From NCBI GenBank assembly GCA_023515725.1, contig JALDTO010000094.1, positions 1-6,362 on the forward strand: a stretch of 6,362 bases of DNA, read 5' to 3'. The notes below the pieces were generated by a model. The model did no database searches, had not been told where the DNA came from, and was given only the letters and a program-made list of their open reading frames with translations. A program made the translations under genes and the position numbers. Origin of the DNA: Amoeboaphelidium protococcarum X5 (Eukaryota > Fungi > Aphelidiomycota). Every line of letters begins with the position of its first letter. Positions within the stretch are counted from its first letter, which is position 1. Below are positions 1 through 6,362 of this stretch, piece after piece.

Positions 1-113
1 ACGCTGGTAACAGATGAGTCTCTGTATGGCTCCCCAGTAACAGAGTCCAAGAGCATAAACCAAACAAGAGGAGAAGACATAGATTGCTGTTGTTGCTGAA
101 AATTAGATGACAT
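1..113 (-). CDS. Crinkler (CRN)-like protein, N-terminal ubiquitin-like header region (partial; runs off the window's left edge)
   Basis: ATG at 113, with a second in-frame ATG at 80. Translation: MSSNFQQQQQSMSSPLVWFMLLDSVTGEPYRDSSVTS... The 'VWFxLxDSxTGEPY' segment resembles the VWF-L-D...G.PY start of CRN-like N-terminal domains as I recall them from oomycetes and early-diverging fungi. Only 37 codons are visible. Confidence 0.55.
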   Translation of the reverse strand, partial: MSSNFQQQQQSMSSPLVWFMLLDSVTGEPYRDSSVTS

Positions 114-461
114 TTGTATTTACTTTCTGATTTGGTTGAAAAGAAAAAGGATAAATTTTCTAATTAGGCCGGCAGTTCCGCGCGCGCACCCGCAGTGCCA
201 ACTCGCTGGCACTGGTGCTAACCCATATTCGAATGACACCAGCCAAGCTATTAAGTGGAAAATTATATACTATATTGCGTTACGCGTCACTGGATGATGA
301 CTGGGTTCTATTGGAGTAAAGCTTTATACAAAAAGCAATTTATAACATCTTTTTGCTTTAGTGAAATACTTTAATTTGATTCCCTTATAGTGCTACACGA
401 AACCCTGTTTACGTCTTATTCGCAGCTTTCTATAGTAGTCACTAATTCGGTACCATCCGTT

Positions 462-657
462 CAGGTACGTAGCGCAAGACGAGAAAATTCAAAATTTGAC
501 CTGGACCAACGAAAAAATATTGTGTATTAAATGTTGATTTTAGTATATTTATGCCAAATAAGTAAGACAAACAACGCAAAATGCTGCTTTTATGTCTTTT
601 CGAATAGCATTTGACCCGGACCTGGCCCGGATGCGGTCCTTCGACGCTCCGTCCCTG
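462..657. mobile_element. 196-bp non-autonomous hAT-type DNA transposon (MITE)
   Basis: A perfect 8-bp direct repeat, CATCCGTT, flanks the element at 454-461 and 658-665. The terminal inverted repeats are CAGGTACGTAGCG (462-474) and CGCTCCGTCCCTG (645-657, reverse complement CAGGGACGGAGCG), an 11/13 match starting CAGG. A subterminal repeat ATTTGACCYGGACC occurs at 494-507 and 609-622, and the core is AT-rich. An 8-bp TSD with short CAGG-initial TIRs is typical of hAT elements. Confidence 0.88.
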
Positions 658-1545
658 CATCCGTTGATTCAAACTCTTATATAGCAAAATCCACAGAGAA
701 TTTGCAGTCTCTAATCATGTCTTTACAAAGCACACGTTGCTACTTCCGACCGGTTGAATTTCAACACCTTCTTCTTACGTAGCTTGTCAGAGTTTTACCT
801 AGTGAGACATGGAAAGATAGCCGAGTAAGTTTACCGCTTCAAAGCGCTCATAGTCTGCAAAGTTAGAACTAGCCAGATCTTAGCAGCATCTGACGCATAG
901 CTTCGTGAGAGGAGCGTGAACAACCATTTCAATTGATTCACAAATTACGCTAAGCCTTAGACGCGCAAATATTAGGTGGTAGCAGAGACAAAACTGAACT
1001 TGATTGAGAAAGCGGCGATATTTCCTTCACACTACACTAACAGATAGAAATTTGACTCTTTAAAAACCTTATGCTAATATCAGCTCCTTCGCCCATATTG
1101 AGCTACTTAATCACATGAAACGCCCATCGATTCCTCATAAGTAATCATTGTAAGCAATTAGTAATACCGCCAGGAAGAACCTTCGAAACAAGACAAGCAC
1201 CATAATACTACATTGTGATTTTGCTATGCGAACCTACTAGCATCAGAATAACCCGCTCTCTTCAATCATCTTCGGCTCAGTTGGGTGAACAGTTTGCAAT
1301 CTACTAGCAAGCCAGCACATGAATAGGTACCAAGTTACCAATTTCCTAACTAGTTCATATATGCGGCATCACTCCGTTGGAGTCTATACGAGTAAGAGAT
1401 TTTTGCACAGCAGTGACCGCGTTTGTTTTCATCGCTAGGCCAGATTATACTTCTACGTAGCAATAACAACCAGTGGCGCACTTTAACATACCAAACATTG
1501 TTCTTATACGTTGACTGATCTCATTAACCTTTACACGATTACTTT

Positions 1546-1666
1546 GCGAAACATCGGTTTGTTAATAGCAACGAAGATGCGACGCGCGAAATATGTTTCG
1601 GTTGAACGCGAAACACATGCTGAATATGGAATCGAAGTATCAAGTTGCTGTTTCAACTTTACGCGT
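1546..1666. promoter_or_regulatory. Cluster of SCB/E2F-like (CGCGAAA) and MCB-like (ACGCGT) motifs upstream of the metacaspase
   Basis: CGCGAAA at 1585-1591 (within GCGCGAAA, the reverse complement of the E2F-type TTTCGCGC) and at 1607-1613. Related GCGAAACAT at 1546-1554 and CGAAACAT on the - strand at 1593-1600. ACGCGT at 1661-1666. All lie about 95-215 nt before the ATG at 1760. Function is inferred only. Confidence 0.35.
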
Positions 1667-1759
1667 TAATTTTATCCATCTTGCATATACATTGGAACGG
1701 TCAACTTGAACACTTCTATTTCAATTCTATAGACAGTACATCATAGGACATTTATCATA

Positions 1760-2824
1760 ATGTTTTCAAGAAAGATTAAAGTCAATGCTGCTGGCAGTGT
1801 AATGGCCCCGCCCACCGCTGTTGACTAAGCAGAAAAGTATCGCATTGAATTGAGAAAGTAGATTGACGCCTAAAAGTTGAAGATTGCCTCAAGAGGTGGT
1901 AGTCGTAAGAGGGCTCTTTTCATCGGTATAAATTATCCTGGCACATTGTACGAACTAAGAGGTATTCTCCGTCATGCAAACTCATAACCGCAATAAAACT
2001 TATTCTTATAATTTCTTGTAGGTTGCATTCCAGATGCCTACAATCTGGTGGAATTCATAGTTCCCACGTACGGGTTCTACGACATTAAAATGATGACGGA
2101 CGAGCCGAAGAATGCGGGAACTTCAAATTATCCGTCGCGTTAGAACTTGATCAATGCTATGAAATGGCTTGTTGAAGGAGCATAGCCCGGTGATAGTCTA
2201 TTCCTCAGCTACTCTGGTCATGGTGGGTACAAGCAAGATTTGAATGGAGATGAAGTAGAGGGATTTGATGAGACCATTTACCCGGCTGATCACCTGACAC
2301 AAGGCCCCATCGTTGACGATGATATTCATCAGTTGCTGGTTTCTCCTCTTGCTAAAGGTGTAAAACTCACCGTTCTCTTTGATAGCTGCCATTCAGGTAC
2401 GGTCATGGACTTAAACTTCATGTATGACTACCAGGGAAATTCTCTGGTACAACCTGTGCCATAAAACTCCATCTTTGATAGACTGTTTAAAAATGTTGGC
2501 AAGATGGTTGCGCAGCAGAGCGACGGTAAAATAGAGTCCACGGCTCTGAAGAGACAGTTTCCTCCATAAAATTACACAGATGCTGACGTGATTTGCTTCA
2601 GTTCCTGTAAAGATGATGAGCTGTGTATAGATTAGTGTACCTCCGAGGGATGTTTTGGTGTAATGACCAACTATTTCCTCTAGGTGTTACGCACTAATCC
2701 GAGAATATCATACTACTAGCTGCTGAACGAGATACGTTAAAAACTGCTGGACAACTAGTACACGTAAACACCATGCTTGTCGTCAGGGCGTGATATGGAC
2801 ATGTCACTTCCATTCAATATTTGA
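1760..2824 (+). CDS. MCA1: Type I metacaspase (peptidase C14B), 334 aa; join(1760..1961,2022..2824); TAA/TAG=Gln
   Basis: Motifs in the expected order: RKRALFIGINY, LRG|CIPD, AMKWLVEGAQPGDSLFLSYSGHG (catalytic His), GDEVEGFDETIYP, IVDDDIH, LTVLFDSCHSGTVMDL (catalytic Cys), DVICFSSCKD, YTQTPCLSS. There are 13 in-frame TAA/TAG codons. TAG 2183 and TAA 2765 fall on conserved Gln (yeast Mca1 AQPNDSLF and YSQKPQLSS). The gene ends at TGA 2822-2824, where homologues end. Confidence 0.95.
1962..2021 (+). other. Spliceosomal intron of the metacaspase (60 nt, phase 1)
   Basis: GTATTC...TTTCTTGTAG. Removing it restores the conserved LRG-C-I-x-D motif. Confidence 0.88.
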
Positions 2825-2897
2825 CAATTTTGATTACCAAATTTTGTGTATAAATATCATGTAATCTAATGGATTATCAAGAGACAAAATACAACTT

Positions 2898-3230
2898 TCA
2901 TTAAGATTACTTTTGACTTTCACGCGTCATCATCTCAGTTGCAATCTCTACTCTTCTCTTGAATTCAGTTCTCTCAGCCAGTTCATCCCATTTCTTCTAC
3001 TTCATCTGCCTCAGATGTTTTGGCTTAATTCGCCAAGTCTGACGTCTTTACAGCAGTGGCAGCTGTGCTTATGAGCACTAATTCTTGAACATTCTGTACG
3101 CAGCGTTCACGTTGTTGCCCACTACGGTCTATTCTAATCCACCTAAAGACACATCCTACGCGTCATCACGCATTCGTCGCATAGATTACCTACCAGCGAA
3201 ACGCTATAATTGCTTAATTAATAACTGCAT
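2898..3230 (-). CDS. MRP21: Mitochondrial ribosomal protein bS21m (Mrp21/MRPS21-like), 110 aa; TAA/TAG=Gln
   Basis: MQLLIKQLQRFAGRQSMRRMRDDAQDVSLGGLEQTVVGNNVNAAYRMFKNQCSQAQLPLLQRRQTWRIKPKHLRQMKQKKWDELAERTEFKRRVEIATEMMTRESQKQSQ*. The first 21 aa are Arg-rich with no acidic residues, like a mitochondrial presequence. The pattern TV..NNV.AAYR ... KP..R ... FKR.VEI matches S21/Mrp21. There are 10 in-frame TAR codons and TGA at 2900-2898. The gene is absent from the supplied ORF track. Confidence 0.75.
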
Positions 3231-3345
3231 GATATATGGTGATGATGATTCTATTCAATCCGGGGAGAGTAAAAACGTGATTTCACATCAAGAAGAAAAA
3301 AACAGTATGACTATATCAAAAGCGGTAAACATTTTACAGTAAAAA

Positions 3346-3639
3346 TCACGTATCATTCTAAAAGACATCAACTCTACTACGCGTCAATCTATAATTCTGG
3401 TGATGAACTTGTTTACAACTGCACTTTATTCTGATGAATGACCACTGGCCAATTTTACGGCCACATTTGGCATTATTGCACAATAAATTCCCTTCCATCG
3501 CGCCATTGTCAGTATTACAATTCGACTATCGGAGTCCCCATTCATCGTTCATGTAGAGCTCAGTGCAGCCTGGATTATCTTGAGATAAATCTTTTTCATT
3601 AGCAACTATTGATCTACATGACGCGCATCGGATTATCAT
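3346..3639 (-). CDS. Stand-alone Yvh1/DUSP12 C-terminal-type zinc-binding domain protein, 97 aa; TAG=Gln
   Basis: MIIRCASCRSIVANEKDLSQDNPGCTELYMNDEWGLRQSNCNTDNGAMEGNLLCNNAKCGRKIGQWSFIRIKCSCKQVHHQNYRLTRSRVDVFQNDT*. It matches the pattern RCxxCR...C...W...EGxLxC..xC..KxG......CSC.......SxVD. There are two in-frame TAG codons and TGA at 3348-3346. An in-frame TGA lies upstream of the ATG. Confidence 0.8.
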
Positions 3640-3774
3640 GATATTAGCAGAATCGCGCGGTGATAAAGTTTGATTGAATTGCGACTAAGCAAGCAATAAA
3701 GGCGATCAATTGGGCAGTTGATTAAAACACAATAAAGAGATAGAGAGAGAATAGAAATAATAAGTTTGTATTGT

Positions 3775-5226
3775 TCATTCAGCGAACATTTCTCGAGCTT
3801 ATTACTTCACAAGTACATTAATTTCAGGACATTCTAGCAGTGGATCAAGATCAAAGATAACGCCCTTCTACAAACACAAATGCATACCAAATTTGATCCG
3901 TTATCGCAAAGTTCTTGCGAAAGGCTTCTGGTTCCCAATGATCCATGCCTGAGATATCTAATCCAAAAACTCCACCATCCACGCGGATATGTGTGAATAC
4001 TTCTCTACAGATCTCATCATGTACAAAACAGGCGGTTCAATGTTCATAATACTATCTGCTTGTGGATTAAAACACACCCAATCCAAATTGAGTGCCATCT
4101 TTACATGCCTTGACACCAGCTTGGATTTCGTGTATTATAGCAACTTGCCAATGACAGCAAATCGCGGTATAACTGGAGATTGTAGCAGAGCATTGGATGG
4201 ATGAAAGCAGCATATAATGTACCGGATCACATCTATAATCAAGCAATCATTGGGCATCTGGGAGAAGTATTTATCATTTAGCCACTCAAAGTACACGTCA
4301 TCATGAATGCCAACGATAACTTTCTCCATGATAAAGCGAATATGAGATTCAAGCTGATAAGGTACGCATCCACTGAGAATATTCACCGAGCATGGAGTGT
4401 TTAATAAATCTTCGATACCAAAGTATCCTTAAGCTTGAAAAGTCCCCTCTACAATCTATTGATAAACTTCCTGTATGGATGGAATGGTAGACAATTCCCA
4501 CAGTGCCCGCACCAAATCACGACCGGCCATCTTGAAAGATGAAAAGTTCTATCGCAACTGACCAACACAATATTCAACTAATAGATTCCTTTAAACCAGA
4601 TCATCTTATAGATATGAAATCTGACGTAGAAATGTATACACAGCCTACGCGGCAATTGCAGGATTAGATTGCACGATGCTTGGATGATCACGTAGAATGG
4701 ATAGTATAAAAGCGATCAACTCATTCGCATTAGATCTTAGAGATGTCCCATTGACATTCTTTAATAAATTCAGTAAAAGACTATTGACATTATACGCCTT
4801 CTTTTCCACCAGAAATCTCACTAGGATGTGCAATAATCCACGAGAATTTTACAACAACTTCCAATACAATGGACCAGTGAAAGAGTTGAGCTATTTCACC
4901 AAATGTTCATAGTTATCTTTGACACACAATTAAATTACTTGCATGTACTAATCCTCCAACTGGGCATCAGTTAGCATTCCATACAGAATACCGTTCATAA
5001 CCTCAGAGTGTCTAGACGCGTCTTGCACCACATTCGAAAGTAATTACTGAATCTGCATGGCACTCTATCCATTCACCAAAGCATTCAATTTCTGATAATC
5101 GCGCTCCAATTCCTACAAAATATCACGTCTTAGCTATTTGAAATATTCACTCACACATCTTACCTGATCTAAAGCATTCCGCTCTTGAAATTAATCATAC
5201 GCTAATATTTAACTTGCAAACACCAT
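3775..5226 (-). CDS. INTS3: Integrator complex subunit 3 / SOSS-A homologue, N-terminal domain only, 466 aa; complement(join(3775..5112,5164..5226)); TAA/TAG=Gln
   Basis: Motifs are collinear with human INTS3 as recalled: AVYTFLR (AVYTYLR), GRDLVRAL (GRDLVRLL), DVIRYIICCFHPSNALLQSPVIPRFAVIGKLL ([32 protein letters not shown]), [23 protein letters not shown] ([23 protein letters not shown]). There are 20 in-frame TAR codons and no internal TGA. Stop is TGA 3777-3775. Confidence 0.92.
5113..5163 (-). other. Spliceosomal intron of INTS3 (51 nt, phase 0)
   Basis: CAG|GTAAGA ... GCTAAG (branch-point-like) ... TTTTGTAG|GAA. Splicing gives ALDQ-ELER, matching the human ELEERLER region. Confidence 0.82.
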
Positions 5227-5350
5227 TCTTTATATAAAAAATCTGTAAATCACTGATTGTGCCCAAAGTTGATAGAAATCGGCGCGTTTCAAACGGAATT
5301 TTAATTCAGATCTGTTGAACTCAATCGTCGATTAATTTATTACCATAAAA
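5227..5350. promoter_or_regulatory. 124-nt divergent (bidirectional) promoter region between INTS3 and NPRL2
   Basis: Lies between the head-to-head ATGs at 5226 (-) and 5351 (+). Contains TATATAAA at 5231-5238 and a central GGCGCGTTT at 5281-5289. Confidence 0.6.
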
Positions 5351-6362
5351 ATGATAGAAGAAATTTGGTTTACGGAATTCCATCTGGTATAAGGTAAGTA
5401 TGAGCATCTAATTATTTACTAGGAATATTTATCTCAAAATATAACTGTAGGACCACAGATTGCATTGAGCACGGAGGGACGACTGACTGCGGATGGTAGA
5501 CGAGCAGCAGTTTTCGACTTGGTGTCTGATTAGTTGATACCGAAGCACGAGTTGACAAGACGCGACTGTGTGGCTAGAACAGAGCAGTATGTTATCGTGG
5601 GATATCCTATGCTTATTCAAGATTCCAAGTATGAACGTAATTCCATGTTATTTAATCTGTGTCTCGTGCTGGATGGCGAAGATTAATGCAGGTGGCTCTT
5701 TAAGTTGGAAGCATACATATTTGCGGCACGTCGTATTGCCTACTATCTCGAATATTTGGAACATAATTCTGGATTTATATTTAATTTATCATCAGAAATT
5801 CAGTAAAAATAACTATAGCAATTTATGTATTACGTACAGCAGCAACTCAATGAAGGCGGGGAGTTGATTTGTCAATTGGATGAATCTATACCGCTGACTC
5901 TTCAAATTCCATCCTACATGCTAAATAGTAGTGTTGATGAAGATGTAACATTAATATCAGATCAGAAAATTCAAGTACATCAAGTTCCAGTTTTGATGGA
6001 AATTATAAATAATGAAGACGATGATTATGGTAGTGGATTGGAATAATAAGCATAATAACATTTGGTAATGGATGAGTTTGTTGATCTGACTGTTTAACGC
6101 GTTCTCCCTCTCATAGATGGAGTGCTAAGTATTTCACAGATCGCAAAGAAGTGTGGCATTCAAGTAGAACTGGTGGAATTGTGTATAAAGCATTTTGTCT
6201 CGATGGGTCTCGTGAAAATTATTGAACCGTGTGGTGTAAGCAAGACTCAACTCTACCTGGTGTCTAAGTCGGTGCTGTAAGATTAGATTGTATCTGACTC
6301 TTTTAAAACAAATAAAACGCTTGTTTTCTTTTGCACCGGTAGTGTTTTGCACCTTGCACCCG
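5351..6362 (+). CDS. NPRL2: Nitrogen permease regulator 2-like (GATOR1/SEACIT subunit), 3' partial; join(5351..5393,5451..>6362); TAA/TAG=Gln
   Basis: Matches to human NPRL2 as recalled: IWFTEFHLVQG|PQI (IFFSEFHPTLGPKI), GYPMLIQDSKYERNSMLFNL ([20 protein letters not shown], with the Arg78 arginine-finger equivalent at CGT 5636-5638), and DLTVQRVLPLIDG (DLTTQQILPYIDG, Gln encoded by TAA 6095). There are 13 in-frame TAR codons and no TGA up to the window end. Confidence 0.93.
5394..5450 (+). other. Spliceosomal intron of NPRL2 (57 nt, phase 1)
   Basis: AG|GTAAGT ... ATAACTGTAG|GA. Removing it restores the conserved FH...GP motif. Confidence 0.9.

Noticed and set aside
233-364. 43-aa ORF (MTPAKLLSGK...) and a C-box-like ATGATGA at 294-300
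   Set aside because: The peptide is unrecognisable, and there is no downstream CTGA D box or terminal stem to support a C/D snoRNA.
610-665. GC-rich hairpins suggesting SRP RNA or a ribozyme
   Set aside because: The SRP helix-8 and hammerhead core motifs are incomplete. The segment is better explained as the MITE's subterminal repeats, TIR and TSD.
1319-1759. 147-codon in-frame N-terminal extension of the metacaspase from ATG 1319 (no TGA in frame)
   Set aside because: The translation resembles no prodomain and runs through the CGCG motif cluster and an AT-rich leader. Long open frames arise easily with a single stop codon. Not excluded without 5' transcript data.
3733-3758. Short GA-rich tract after the INTS3 stop
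   Set aside because: Too short and imperfect to call a repeat; ordinary low-complexity 3' UTR or promoter sequence.
5394-5422. Alternative NPRL2 acceptor (CTAAT...TACTAG at 5422) giving a 29-nt intron
   Set aside because: It shifts the frame and loses NPRL2 similarity, whereas the 5450 acceptor restores the GP motif.
442-6352. Supplied standard-code ORFs as independent genes
   Set aside because: 2240-2464, 4135-4386, 4645-4833 and 5825-6046 are TAR-delimited fragments of the larger genes. The others are antisense or off-frame shadows, and 442-687 overlaps the MITE.
1760-6362. Pseudogenes, or RIP-type CpA>TpA mutation turning CAA/CAG into TAA/TAG
   Set aside because: There are no frameshifts and no internal TGA. 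Catalytic His codons (CAT), Met and Trp codons, and splice sites are intact. The affected genes are unrelated housekeeping genes on both strands, and each complete one ends neatly in TGA.
1-6362. Prokaryotic or phage system (for example a caspase-based defence operon, CRISPR array or recoded phage)
   Set aside because: GT-AG spliceosomal introns and eukaryote-specific genes (INTS3, NPRL2, a presequence-bearing Mrp21) are present. I saw no repeat-spacer array, tRNA or rRNA.

Overview
This is a gene-dense eukaryotic nuclear locus, fungus-like rather than prokaryotic. It only makes sense if TAA and TAG encode glutamine and TGA is the sole stop (translation table 6 type), so the supplied standard-code ORF track shows only fragments. 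Re-translating by hand gives six genes: a partial Crinkler-like gene (-, <1-113), a type I metacaspase (+, 1760-2824, one intron), a mitochondrial ribosomal protein bS21m/Mrp21 (-, 2898-3230), a stand-alone Yvh1/DUSP12-type zinc-binding-domain protein (-, 3346-3639), an N-terminal-domain-only INTS3/SOSS-A homologue (-, 3775-5226, one intron) and NPRL2/Npr2 (+, 5351->6362, one intron). I counted 58 in-frame TAA/TAG codons and no internal TGA in five genes, and all four complete genes end in TGA. A 196-bp hAT-type MITE with a perfect 8-bp target-site duplication sits at 462-657. All three introns are a multiple of 3 in length and carry no in-frame stop under this code. The code plus the fungus-like proteins suggest the aphelid Amoeboaphelidium protococcarum, where TAR=Gln is already reported; this is an inference. 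All homology calls come from recalled motifs, not database searches.
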